Source of the DNA: Geosiphon pyriformis uo1
Taxonomy: Eukaryota > Fungi > Glomeromycota
Direction of reading: 5' to 3'
DNA: 26,647 nucleotides
Assembly (NCBI GenBank): GCA_016748015.1
Contig: JAAOMT010000451.1
Location: 38,926 to 65,572, forward strand
Shown here: piece by piece, positions 1-11,749 of the stretch
Layout: the number at the start of each line of letters is the position of its first letter
Numbering within the stretch: the stretch's first letter is position 1
Translations under genes and position numbers: made by a program
Notes under the pieces: model-generated
The model's database searches: none
Told to the model about the DNA's origin: nothing
What the model saw: only the letters and a program-made list of their open reading frames with translations

Positions 1-1176
1 TGGCTTCATCAAAAGCCAACAACATTTTTAATGAATGTTTGTTTAGCTTCCTCAACGTAACTATAAGTTTTTTATATTGAACCGCTACCTCATTTCGAAT
101 GTCCTCGATCTGAGGTCCTCTGGTATCGCTGAGCCTCGATTTCATCTCACCTCTCACATTGTCCCAAAGACTTTTCTGCAAGTTGAACATATCATCACAA
201 ATGTCACTGATGAGAATGTCAAATATGCGGCCACATGTCTTCTCCAGTGTTTTCTCATGAAATTGAAGTTGCGTGTTCACGAACCCTGAACACTTGCAAA
301 ACAAAGCCACTAGAAAGGCGAGATAATGAGCTTCCGAATATGCCTTTCCAGTGAGTTCAGTGGCAATGTCCGAACGATTTGGATAGCCCTTCGATTCAGG
401 ATCACGTAAACAAATGTAAATGACTAAAACATTTTTTTCGACTGCCAATTCTCGCAATAGTCTGGACTTTCCTGTCCCGCTGGCCTGTACTAGTGACGTG
501 TAAGGAGCATAAAACTGCTGCGACGTCCAGCTCATCGCGCACTGTTCCAGATGGCGAAAGAAGACATCGACGTAGTCCTCTCGAGGTTTCATCAATGTAC
601 TTCTGAATGCGGTTTTCAACATAGCATAATTTAGGTTAAATTTCTGTGCATCGACACTACTTTGCAGACCGGATGCTGAAGGTCCTCCTGTGAAACCAGC
701 GTCGAAATAAAAAGCAAATGGATAAGCCCAATTTAGCCAGCATCGCAAATAGTATCTCGAGGTTTCATTCAAAAAAAGGCCTCCGTTCCCAACACCCAAG
801 TCACAAAGTCGTTACCTGTCTTAGTTGTTTCCATCAACGTATTTTGTAAATTTTGCATTTGCACCTTCCACTCGTTCTTTTCTACTTTTAGCTCCTTTAC
901 TTCTTCTTCTAGCTTTTCTTTTAGCTTTTCTTTTTGCTTTTCTAGCGCCTTTATATCTTCTATCCACCAATGCTTTTCGTTTTCGTTCTTGTACTTCTCC
1001 TGTCTCAAATTCTTCTTCAATTCACGTAACTCATCTTCCTTTTCAAACTCATCTTCCTTCTCACCCTCCATTAACTTTTCTAGCTTCTCACCCTTCTGCT
1101 TCAGCTCCTCCACGCATCTCCTATACTCGGTCGTAGCCACCTCTAATTGATGTTCGATTTTGTCGACACTAGCCAT
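1..1176 (-). CDS. Two-exon gene, join(816..1176, <1..687), running off the left edge: N-terminal coiled-coil plus P-loop NTPase; Crinkler/CR-type NTPase-like protein
   Basis: Exon 1 is an E/K-rich coiled coil (MASVDKIEHQ...METTKT). After the intron, the manually translated exon 2 stays open to position 1 and carries Walker A YAPYTSLVQASGTGKSR (QASGTGKS at 464-487), VIYICLRD and Walker B LLAFDEA at the window edge. CpGs are retained. The family assignment comes from motif recognition only. Confidence 0.8.
688..815 (-). other. Spliceosomal intron (128 nt, phase 1)
   Basis: On the minus strand: donor ACAG|GTAACG, branch-like GCTAA near 733-737, pyrimidine-rich tract, acceptor TTTCACAG|GA. Splicing joins the coiled-coil exon in frame to the NTPase exon. 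Confidence 0.8.
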
Positions 1177-1562
1177 GGTGTTTTGCGTGTTTGTTATGGT
1201 TTGGGAAGATATGGCCTAATATATGTTTGGTTCGTGTCAATGACGTTTCAGATCTTTGATTTATCAGTATAAATTTAACAAACCCCGTTATTGTTAAATT
1301 ATAACAATAATCAGAGTTTTTAATTGTGCCAGCAAATTAAGTAGTAGATAATAACATAGATTTGAAAAATTAAAGGGATATTTTATTGATATAATTTTAT
1401 TTTGGTTGATAGCAATTATCTTTGAAAAGAAAAGTATTTAATAATTATGATTTACGAGTCTAATTAACTAATTTTCTAGCTTTTAATACTACTGTTATAT
1501 ATACATAATTTATGTTATATGAGATTCCTTGAATTCCTTAATTCTCTAGCTAGAAATTCTGA

Positions 1563-2588
1563 ACCAAGACCACAGAAGGCATTTGAAAGATTGTTAGCCA
1601 ATAAAAGTTTATTGTCCAAAAATATTTTCACTATTCCAGTTAAAAAATTGTTTACCAGACTAACATATAACTTGACAAAAAACTGTAAAGAATTCAAAAG
1701 AGCCCAATCCAGAATCTGCAAGTCCAAAAATTTATGACTGAACAAATGCCCAAGAATGTCTACAGTATTGAAAAAGAAGACCAAAGCAACCACCTTTGCT
1801 TCAGACTGCACTTGTTCAAAAGACTTCAAGCTATACAAGAAGAGATGATACAAAGCCACATCCAAAAAAACACAAGACAAACATGCTTTTAGTTTGAAAC
1901 CCTTTCTGATCATAATATTTCACATGCAACACACATTTGACAAAACAAAACTGAACTGAGTTTGATAACTGATTATAGACTGCAAAACAGCTGACACCAA
2001 ATAAGAAAATTGTTTATCCATAATAGTCTTCTAAAGCACAATATTAACAAAAAAATGAACATTAGAATAAGCCTTGATAACATTTGGCTTGGATAAGCCA
2101 TCAGTAGACAAAGAAATCCCCAGGTAACAATGAACATTACCTTTTTTGACAATCATGATTGGCTAACCACAAATATTCAAAGAAACAATTCTAACACCCT
2201 AATTTATGAGAATAGCCACTGTTTTTTTACTGTTAATGTTCAAAGCATACTAATAAAAACCTAACAATTTCCAACCCAAATAGTGTCATCAACAAATATG
2301 CCTACCACAAAAAAAAAAGTTATCTCACCATCATTTTTGACTCTGTCTGTCTTTAAAACAAACTTAGTATCAATCTAATACTCACATAAATGTTCATGTT
2401 TTTTAACTTTACACAAGAGAGAATTGTAAAAAATCTTCTACAAAAAAGATGAAAAGACTTCACCCTGATCCAACTCATCAAGCACCCTATAACCATCTGA
2501 CAACCCAAAATCAGTTATTATTCTGTTAAATCTATTCTTATGAATACTACCAAAAAACCAGATGAATTTTTCATGCATTTTGATATAC
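1563..2588 (-). mobile_element. LINE ORF2, distal part of the RT region (degenerate, 3'-truncated); continuation of the LINE at 22051-26075
   Basis: Minus-strand translation gives IKMHEKFIWFFGSIHKNRFNRIITDFGLSDGYRVLDELDQGEVFS and catalytic FVDDTIWVG (FVDD at 2285-2296), with many stops. The left boundary is approximate. Confidence 0.85.
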
Positions 2589-3569
2589 TGTTACTGGAGG
2601 TTTTTTGGTCTTTTTTCTTGAATGTTGTTAATGTTGATTTGCTGTGAATTTACGTTTTCAGGAAGTAGTTAAACCTCTAGTAACTGAATTTATCTTCAAA
2701 TTATCTTCTATAATTTAAACTGCTGGACTTATAGTGGAATGGCCAATTCTGTGCCAGTTACTTTATGTAGTTACATTGTAGTAAACATCAACTCTTTCCC
2801 AGAAATTGCTTGTCTGGAAGCTCACTAAAAATGTGTAGTTACTTTGTTGTGAAAGTCAACTCTTTTACAGAAATCTCGTCTATAGACTACCCTAATAATT
2901 GTAATAAAAAAAGAAAAAGAAAAATAAAAGAAAAATAAAAGAAATAGGATTTTATCAAGAGAAACGTTTTCTGTTTAGGCCTAGAGTCACTAACAGTTTA
3001 TTGAAATTGGTAGCTAATCAATTTCAAAACATTAGTTGGGTTTTAAGGATTTTTCAAGTGCAATAATTAAAGAATTTGGTTTTTTGAATTATTTGATATT
3101 TATTTCTTTTTGTGTGCATAGGAATAGTTCTAAGTAATAAATCTGAAGTAAGATACATTTTCTCGAAGAAAGAAGCTCATTTTTTATACAACTTGTTATA
3201 ACACTATTCTATAAACTTGAACTTTGCTCTTTTTTACAATTTCACTAAACTAGAGATACATTTCAGTGAACTACAAGTTATTTCTGTGAACTATTAAATA
3301 TTTCAGTGAACTATTAATTATTTCTACAAATTTCTACAAATTTCAGCAAACTTTTTGAATGCTACATAGTTTGGGGTATTGCATGATTGATCATTGCAAT
3401 TAGGTTATATTTGTGTTATATACAAATTGGGTTATTAATTAAATGATAATTTCAGATATTTTGCTAATGTAATAAGTAATAATTTGGGACAATAATATAT
3501 GCTAACTAATGATAAAAATTATAAGGGTAATTTTATGCTAAACAATATCTCTAATTTCGTTTGATAACA
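2589..3569 (-). repeat. 3' LTR of Gypsy A (981 bp)
   Basis: Plus-strand ends TGTTACTGGAGG...TTGATAACA. Colinear with 11469-11749 plus 21352-22050, and is the reverse complement of 20369-21347. Confidence 0.95.
3241..3350 (-). repeat. U3 array of ~20-bp-period TTCGCCGAA-type motifs (A 3' LTR)
   Basis: Plus-strand units such as TTTCAGTGAAC, TTTCTGTGAAC and TTTCAGCAAAC recur every 20 nt. Confidence 0.75.
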
Positions 3570-4256
3570 TAACTTTCTCCTCAAGACTGAGCTCTGTTAA
3601 AGTCCAAGTACTGTCTGCACATTCCAGATAGTAATCCAAAATTACTGGAGAAATTTGGTCTGAAAATTGTTGAAATTTCAGTTCTGTAAGTTTCCCAATG
3701 TATTGGATCTTCAATGGTTGTAAAATTGGGTTTTGTAGAATATTTTCACAGGTGTGAAATAGGTCATAAAGTCTAAGAGCAGCTCTTAGTTTATAGTAAC
3801 TGTTTATAGGTCCAGCTGTTGTTTTGAATTCATTATAGAGTTGTTTCTGAATAGTCTCTTTTGTGAAATTTGCTGCTGTAAACTCCCATTTTCATTTGTG
3901 AAGTGTTTTTCAAATGTAGAAATATCTATATATTGGAGTATAGTCATGGTTTTTTTCATTAAGACACAGTTGAAGTTTTTGTTGAATAATAGCATTTGGT
4001 GGAATACTAATAGAAGTGAACATTAAATTTTCTCTTAAAGCAAGCTTCAAAAGTTCTGATAGATAAATTCCAAAATAATTTTTTGTGTTTTTTTGTAGAA
4101 GTGATAATTTTGTGAATTTGGGGCTAAATTGGCAACTATTTCTATTTGGGTATAATTAATATGTTTTCCTGTAATAGTAATAGATAATTTGGGTATTGTT
4201 TTTAAAGCTAACATTAATTTTTGAGATATTTGTTGAATATTTCGAGGGATAGTCAT
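3538..4256 (-). pseudogene. ORF3 of Gypsy A (unknown protein in the env position), with one frameshift and a stop
   Basis: Starts MTIPRNIQQISQKLMLALKTIP and is homologous to B 19681-20400. There is a 1-nt loss in an A-run near 4090, and the stop lies inside the LTR. Confidence 0.75.
3573..3582 (-). promoter_or_regulatory. Polypurine tract of Gypsy A
   Basis: Minus-strand GAGGAGAAAG, 3 nt before the 3' LTR TG. Confidence 0.7.
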
Positions 4257-4410
4257 TATAAAAACTTGAATGAGAGAAAAAAAAAATAGATTGAAATTAT
4301 TTTTGGTATGTGAGTTTATGTTATTTTTGTCTTTCAGTGTGTTTTGTTTTTGTTTTGTTTTTGTAAAATCAATTTTTAATTTATAAGGGAATAACTATAG
4401 TAAATTTAAA

Positions 4411-5795
4411 TTAAGTGTTTGAGTTGAGAGGTTGTTCAATGACAACTATTGGTTCTAAATTTTGGAGAATATCTTTGGGTTTGATTAAAGGAGAATGTGT
4501 ACCAACTTGTGGAATTAATGGTTCAGGATTGTTTCTGGAATTATAGTATTTCAAACGATCTTTATGTGTAACTTTTGCTAGGATTTTGTTATCAAGTCTT
4601 AGCTTGTATGATCTGTTGCCTAGAACTTCATGAATAAAGAATAGTCCATCCCATTTATTTTTAAATTTTCCATTCCATTGTTTTTTAGCTTTAATTCTGT
4701 GTAAGAGAACTTTGTTTCCAATTTTAAATTCATTGGTGACTAGTGGCAATTTGTTGTCATGTCTCTCTTTTTGTTGGGCTTGTGAATTTTCAATGTCAGT
4801 GACTGCTATACATCTTTTTCCTTCTAAAGTACTGAGAAAAGTATAAGCTCTTTGCTAAAGTGTTTCTTGTAAGTTTTCTTCTGTGATTGGTTGTACTGAA
4901 TGTGTTTCCACTGTGAATTCAATTGGTAGTTTTGCTGTTCTTCCATAAGTAAAGTCAAATGGTGTGTGTTTCATTGTATTTTGTTTTAGTGTTCTATATG
5001 CTAGTAACACTGATGGAATAAAGATATCCTATTCCTGCTCAAAATCTGTTGAGACTTTGGCTAGTGATTTACACAATGTTCTGTTGAAAAGTTCCACTAA
5101 TCCATTTGTCTGTAGATGGTAGGGCGAAGATAAAAGTCTTTTGATATTAAATTATTTATAAATTTCTTGTGTCAGATTATTCACAAAATGTGTCCCCTGA
5201 TTGAATAGAAGTTCAATTAGACATCCATGTCTACAAATAATGTCTTCATAGATAAAATTTGCTACTGATTTTGCATCTGCTTATTGAATAGCTCTGGCTT
5301 TAGGCCATTTGATAAGATAATCTATTGCTACTGCTATGTATCGGTTTCTTTGCATGGTGATAGATAGTGGTCCAACTAAATTGATACCAACTCAGTCAAA
5401 AAGTTGTCCAACTTTGATTGAATTTAAAGATTCAGTAGGGCGTGTTCCTTCTCTTCTTTGACAATTATTACAAAATTCAACATATTAATGTATGTCTCTT
5501 CTCATTCAAGGCCAAAAATAGTATTCTAGTGTTCTTTGGGTGGTGTTGTCTTTTCCGAAGTGTGCTGATGAAGGATCTGAGTGCATGTTGTATAATATAA
5601 TCTCTTTTCATGTTCTTGTATTAATCTGAATGGTTTGTCTAAGTTTTTGAAATTTCAATAATAAATAATGTTGTTGTGTAGGAAATATTGTCTGGTTTGT
5701 TGTTGTAATTGATGGTTTTCATCTGAAAACCAATCTGTTGAGATTGTTAATGTCTTTAAATATTGTTTGAGATTGTTGTAGTCTTTTGAATTCAT
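4411..5795 (-). pseudogene. Integrase ORF of Gypsy A (own ATG, degenerate)
   Basis: ACAATG start (MNSKDYNNLKQYLK), HSDPSSAH zinc-finger remnant, GINLVGPL, FNQGTHF, NGLVE, WDGLF; ends IEQPLNSNT*. Confidence 0.85.
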
Positions 5796-5843
5796 TGTTT
5801 GTTGATTGTTAGGTTAGTTAAGTTAAGTGTTGATTTGTGTTTT

Positions 5844-8800
5844 CTAATCTTGTCTCATTCTGGAGAGACAATCAATGTTGGTGTGGAGTTTTCCTGGTTT
5901 GTGGTATACAATGTATTGGTAGTTGGTTAAAAATCCTGTCCATCGGGTTTGTTTGGCATTCAGCTGAGTGTTTTTGTTCTGAAGCCATTTGAGTCTAATA
6001 TTATCAGTGATAATATCGAATTTCTTTGGCTGGAAATAAAGGTTGAAATGATGTAAGACCCATATTACTGCTGCTGTTTCTAGTTCAGTTACAGGGTAAT
6101 ACTTTTCAGCGGATTTCAATGTTCTGCTAGCATAAGTGATTACTCACTCATTTCCATTGTCATCTAATTATGATAGAATAGCACCAAAGGCAGTATAAAA
6201 AACATCTGTTGCTAATCAAAATTGGTTGCTGAAATCTAAATAGACGAGAATTGGAGCTATTGTTAGTTTTTCTTTGAGAATTTCAAATGCATTTTGGTGT
6301 TTAGCAGTCTATTTGTATTTGACATTTTTGGTAGTAAGCTGGTTGAGAAGTTTTGTGATTTCTGAAAATTCTTTGATGAACTTCCGATAATAGGAGGCTA
6401 ACCCTATGAATCCTTTTAGTTCTATAGTGTTTCGAGGAGTTTTGAAGTTTTTGACAGCACTGATTTTTTCAGGGTCTGGTTTGATTCTATCTTTACTAAT
6501 GATATGACCAAGGAAGACCAAGCTTGTTTTTCCAAAGTAGCATTTTTTAATGTTGAGTTTCAGTCCTGTTTTTTGTAATTGTTGAAAAACTTCTCACAGG
6601 TATTTTAAGTGTAATTCGAATAATAGTGAATAAACATTAATATTATTGAGATAAACAACTATTGATTTCCAAAGGAGGTCTTTGTAAACAACATCTATGA
6701 GTCTTTGGAATGTTGCTGGTGCATTATATAATCCAAAAGGCATTATGTTGAACTCGTAATTTCCTCCTTGGGTTGTGAAGGCTGTTTTGGGACAATCTTT
6801 GGGATTCATGGCAACTTGCCAGTATTCGCTTTTTAGATCTAGTGTTGAAAAATATTTAGACTTCCCAAGGGCATCTAACATGTCATTAATTCGGGGAAGT
6901 GAGTAGGCATCTCTAATGGTGACACTATTGAGTTGTCGATAATCAACACAAAATCATATCTTTCCATTTTTTTTTTTAACTAGGACCACAAGTGAAGCCC
7001 ATGGACTTATCGATGGTTGAATAAGTCCATTATTAAGCATCCGTTGCACTTTTTTTCAGATAAATTGGTGACTTTCTGGAGCAACTTGGTAGGCTTGTTG
7101 TCACCTTGGTTTAGCATCTCCTGTATAGATTTGGTGTTGAACCAAATTGGTTCTTCTTAAGTCATTGTTGTTTTCGGCAAAGATATTGGCAAATTCTGTA
7201 ATTAGTTCTTTGAGCTGGTTCTGTTGTTGTGGTTCAAGTTGTCTCATGTTGATTCAAGATAGTTTTTCCATAACAACATGGTAGTTTTCAGAGCTGGAGT
7301 TTGGGCTGATTTTTGGTAGTGAATGTCCAATGATCTCCAAGAAATTAAGAACTGTTTGGGGTAGTTCTTGTTGAAAAATGTTACTGTGAATGACTCCAAT
7401 CTTTAAGTTATTTAATAAAACTATGGGATAATTATTGGGATTGTAAAAAGTAACTCGGACTTTCTTTGTTCCTTCTGGAATATAAATGTTTGGAATTGAG
7501 ATATTATGTTCTAAGCAGATTTGTTTGTTGGACTCAAAAATTTGTTGTGTGGTTATTGGCTTTGGGCAGATGTAGATTTCTGGATGTTCTCCAAAGAGTG
7601 AAATAGTAATTGGTTGTGGAAGTTGTAGAATCTGGTGAGATTTATTTTGTTTATTAAGAGCTATGTTTACTAGAACTGTAAATTGTCCAGTTGAACCAAA
7701 ACTTTTGGTTCTTTTTCTACTTTTTCCCAATTGTTCTCTTTGACTGATTAATTGTAAACCTGAAATGTTGATTAAGGGTAAATAAATAGCTTGAGCAATT
7801 TTTTCAGCATGTTCAATTTGAAAAGGTTTATTGGTTTCATTTTGTAATATGATTGTAATGTCTCCTGTATATCCAGCATCTATGATTCTTTCTCTAACAT
7901 TGATTTCTTTGCTTGTCAATGATGATCATGAAGCAATTTGGACCATTGCTCCTGGTGGGATTTTGAGAGCAATTTTGAGGTTGATCTTGGTAAGTGAATT
8001 TGGTTGAAGAACCAAAGTGTCTTTTCCTGAATATCGTAGATTGTATCCAGTATCAATTTCATGTGCTTTTTCAGGCTTTATTCCTTGTCCATTGTTGTTG
8101 AAGTATTTAAGCTGTAAAGCAGACTGATTTTTGATGAGATAGATGGGTGTTGCTTCAATTTTTTTTGTTGCTTCAGGTTCTCCAAATTCAATTTCATTTT
8201 CATTATTTTCACTGGGCAGGGGAATACTAAAAGCATAGCATTCAGGGCACCATTGCTTATTGCAAGGCATTATGTATTCTTCACACAATTTAATGTTTAT
8301 TTGCTCTAGCCATTGAGCTTGAACTTCTTTGGTTGGGTAAGTGTGACTGGTAATTTGGTAATATACTTCTACTTCATTTTCATAGTTGCATCCAGTGATT
8401 TCAAAGGTGTATGCAATGTATTCTGATTCTTTCATTTAACAAACATTTTCTTGAGTGGCTCTATTGATTAAAGCCATTGCTAGATCGAAAATCATTTCAG
8501 CATTGTAAGGGTAATGGTACAGTTTGTTGAGGGTGCTGTTGTAAGCAGCATTGAAAGGGGTTCCTCTTGTTACTTTTTCTGAGATTAAAAGAGCATATTG
8601 ACATGTTTGATTACAGACCCCTCCTCTGAATGCAACATCAATCCAGTCACATTCATTAGGTAATCATTCTCCACAAGTCAAACAGGGTGTTCCATCCTAT
8701 TTTCCACTTCTTTTAACCAGGTGTCCTCATTGTTCTCAGTGGCAGGATTTGCAATAGTAACAGGTATGGTTTCCATATTCTTCCTTGGGTAAAATACAAG

Positions 8801-11424
8801 CTCCCATTGATGAAAGTTTCTTGTGGCAATCTTTGTATTTAAGTGGGATGTAAGAGCGTTGTTTTCGTGGTTTTGGTTTTGAATAAGAGACATTCCATCT
8901 GGGTGTCACTGATTCTTTTGTTTCAAGAGAATCATTTGTTGAAAAATACTGTTGTTCAATTTCATCAGCCCAATTGGAGATTGATCCAAATGCCATAAAT
9001 GTTTCAATGATGGGTTTTTCTTCTTCCAGTTTGAATTCAAAAACCAGGGCTTTTTTGGAGCATTTGTTGAATGTACCATAAGTGGCAGGTACCCAGGTGT
9101 GTTGTCCTTGGTAAAAAATTGTTAATTCTTGTGTTTCCCAATTCAGATTAGCATGGCTTTTTGGAGCCAATTGTTTCTGATGAGAGCTTGGTATTGGGGA
9201 GCATTTATGACCAGAACTTTGACTAGAATGGTGATTCTGTCAATTGTGAATGGAAAGTTGTCAATTTCTCCTACTGAAGTCTTTTTCATGCCATCAGCAG
9301 TAACAATGATTGTCTGAGCTGGTTGGTCAATGTTTCTTTTTAGCTGTTGCATCAATTGATATGTAATGATACTTTCGGCAAATCCACTGTTTAGGATCAA
9401 GCAAATTGGCTTTTCTTCTACTTCTGCTTCTGTGTACATTGCAGTGATGGCTTTTTGCTTGTTAGCTGCTGCATTGCTAAGCAAGAATGGTGATTCATTT
9501 GCCTTAAATTTAAACAGGAATATATCTGAAAGATTGGCATTTTCAGCAATTCTGATTGGTGGGATTGTGGTAGGAATATAAGAAGAGTTTTGTTGTTGTG
9601 CTGCAGCTCTACCTTCTGAGAGTGCAGTATGGTGAAAATTTTGTTTTTCTGGCATTGTAAGAAAACTAGGTTGAGTATGATAGTGGTTGGGTCTTGGTTG
9701 TTTGAATTGATTCTATTGTTGTTTACTTGGTATCGGTTTTGTGGTGTGAACTGATTTTGCAAAATCAATCTTTGAGCAGGCACTTGATAATGTTGTGTGG
9801 ATGGTTGTTGGTATTGCTGTTGGATTGGCTGTGGAGCAGGCTGATAATAGTTACTTTGGTATTGGGGTTTTGGTGGATAGTAAACTGGTGGTGGTGGTTG
9901 ATAATAAAATTGCTATAGTGGAAGGTAATATTGTTTATTCCTATTTTGTTGGTCTCATTGTAGCTTTCTGCAATCTCTTTTCCAGTGGCCAGGGATTCCA
10001 CAGTAATGGCAATTCTGAGGCTGGTTATTAGAAAGTGGTGCAAAGTTATTTTGATTTTGTCTTTGTGAAGATTGGTATCTTTGTAGAGGTTGGTATCTTT
10101 GTGTTTGTTGTAATTGCTGTGGCTGCTGTTGTTGCTGTTGGTTGGTGAAATAGTTTTCAACTTTCTTGGTTAATTGGTCAATCTTTTTTTCAGCTGCTGA
10201 GCTGGTTTCTTCAATAGCCAGGTTAACAAGTTTGGTACGGTTGGCTTCTTCCATGGCCATTTTATAGTTTTTTGCCTGTTGAATAGCAGTGGCTAAATTT
10301 TCTGGTGCATGTGGGCGAACTTTCTTGATAAGTTTGTCTTTTAGTCCAGCAATGAATTGATCCAAGATTTGTGCATTGGAGTAGTATTCATTTGTTTTCA
10401 ATTGGCAAATCCTTCTAAGCAGTTTGTTGAATTTTTTAAGATAGGTCATAACTGATTCACTTGGTTCTTGCTTGATATTTCGGAACCAATTGCAAAGGGT
10501 AATAAAAGTATTATTGTCAATGAACTGTTCTAAAAAAGCAGTTTTGAATGTTTTCTAGTCTTTTGATAGGGCTTCCAAGTTTTCAAACCATTCACCAGCC
10601 ATTCTTTGTAAGAAATATGGAATTGCTTTTAACATTTTGGCAGCATTCCAACCATTTGCATCTCCTGCTTTTAAGACTTTGTCAAGCTATTCTTGAGGGC
10701 TGGTTTTGCTGTCTTCTCTTGTGAACTCAAGGATTTTTGCGATATATGTGGAGGCCATTTCTTCTTCATTTTCTGAATCTTCTGTTTCTTGTTCTGATTC
10801 AGTCTCTTCACTTCAATTTTCTGCTAAGTAGTCAATAAGATTTGTGTTAGTTAATATTAGTTCCTGTTGTTGAATAGGGCTTTTGGGTAACTGAAAATCT
10901 TCTATTCTTAAAAACCGAATAAGTGGTGAGCTTGGTGTTTGCGGTTGAGCAAGTGAAGTTGAAAATGGTGTGATTGAGAGTGGTAATTTAAAGCTGGTTC
11001 CTTGTTCTGGGGTTTGTAAATGTTTGGCAGTGGTTTTAGGTGTATTGGGAGTAGTTCTGAGTTTTTGTTTCCTTTTTCCTTTTCCTTCTTCTGTTTTTGA
11101 TTCAAAACTAAGAGAAAATTTCTGTTCTACTGGGTAATTCTCTTTACAATACTGAATGATATTGAAGTTGAGTTCTTGGAAGTATGTTTCAAGTGTTTGA
11201 CTGTTAAAATTCTGAGTGTTTAGACAAGAGTGATATACTAAGCTTTCATATAAGTTGTGTCTAACTTCTGAAATGTTGTAGTCTCCAAAAAAATAATTGT
11301 TAATGCAATTTTCAATGTACTGGTAAAGTGTTTTCTTGAATGTTTTAATTCCATCTGGAATGTTAAATCTCTGCTTGCAGTGGGTGTAGATTGACTGATA
11401 ATACTCTAGAGTTCTTGAATCTGT
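5844..11424 (-). pseudogene. Gag-PR-Zn modules-dUTPase-RT-RNase H polyprotein of Gypsy A (degenerate)
   Basis: Gag from MASTYIAKI (ATG 10756-10758), CCHC knuckle CHYCGIPGHWKRDC, protease LILNSG (D>N), dUTPase IIDAGYTG and SFGSTG, RT MPFGLYNAPATFQ and YLNN (mutated YLDD, 6642-6653), RH ELETAAV...IDCLSRMRQD*. Contains stops and frameshifts near 9150 and 9697. Confidence 0.92.
7686..8118 (-). pseudogene. dUTPase domain within Gypsy A pol
   Basis: TGYNL, *SSLT, RIIDAGYTG, KIAQAI and KRTKSFGSTG are decayed versions of dUTPase motifs 1-5. Confidence 0.88.
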
Positions 11425-11448
11425 TTGAAGTTGTTGTCACTGTGTTAT

Positions 11449-11466
11449 TTTTGTGGGAGAGCACCA
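11449..11466 (-). promoter_or_regulatory. Primer-binding site of Gypsy A
   Basis: Minus-strand TGGTGCTCTCCCACAAAA, 2 nt after the LTR CA; 17/18 identical to the PBS of B. Confidence 0.9.
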
Positions 11467-11468
11467 AA

Positions 11469-11749
11469 TGTTATTGGAGGTTTTTGGTCTTTTTTCTTGA
11501 ATGTTGTTAATGTTGATTTGCTGTGAATTTACGTTTTTAAGAAGTAGTTGAACCTCTAGTAACTGAATTTATCTTCAAATTATCTCTTATAATTTGAACT
11601 GCTGGACTTATAGTGGAATGGCCAATTCTATGCCAGTTACTTTATGTAGTTATGTTGTAGTAAACGTCAACTTTTTCCCAGGAATTGCTCATCTGAAAGC
11701 TCACTAAAAATGTGTAGTTACTTTGCTGTGAAAATCAACTCTTCTACAG
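11469..11749 (-). repeat. 5' LTR of Gypsy A, PBS-proximal (U5-side) fragment
   Basis: Matches 2589-2870 and stops at CTTCTACAG, where B begins. Confidence 0.95.
11746..11749. repeat. Left TSD (ACAG) of Gypsy B
   Basis: Identical to 21348-21351; only one copy at the equivalent site of A's intact LTR (2867-2870). Confidence 0.92.

Noticed and set aside
825-1136. Hydrophobic 103-aa plus-strand ORF (and 77-289)
   Set aside because: Antisense shadows of the minus-strand gene; the hydrophobicity mirrors its GAA/AAA-rich codons.
1177-1260. TATA-like and TGACGT motifs upstream of the NTPase gene
   Set aside because: Short motifs in AT-rich DNA; cannot be supported without TSS data.
9366-10031. Antisense ORFs apparently conserved between A and B (9366-9581/14439-14645, 9795-10031/13874-14188, 3841-4026/19912-20103)
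   Set aside because: Conservation is explained by the sense-strand coding frames; there is no independent evidence of function.
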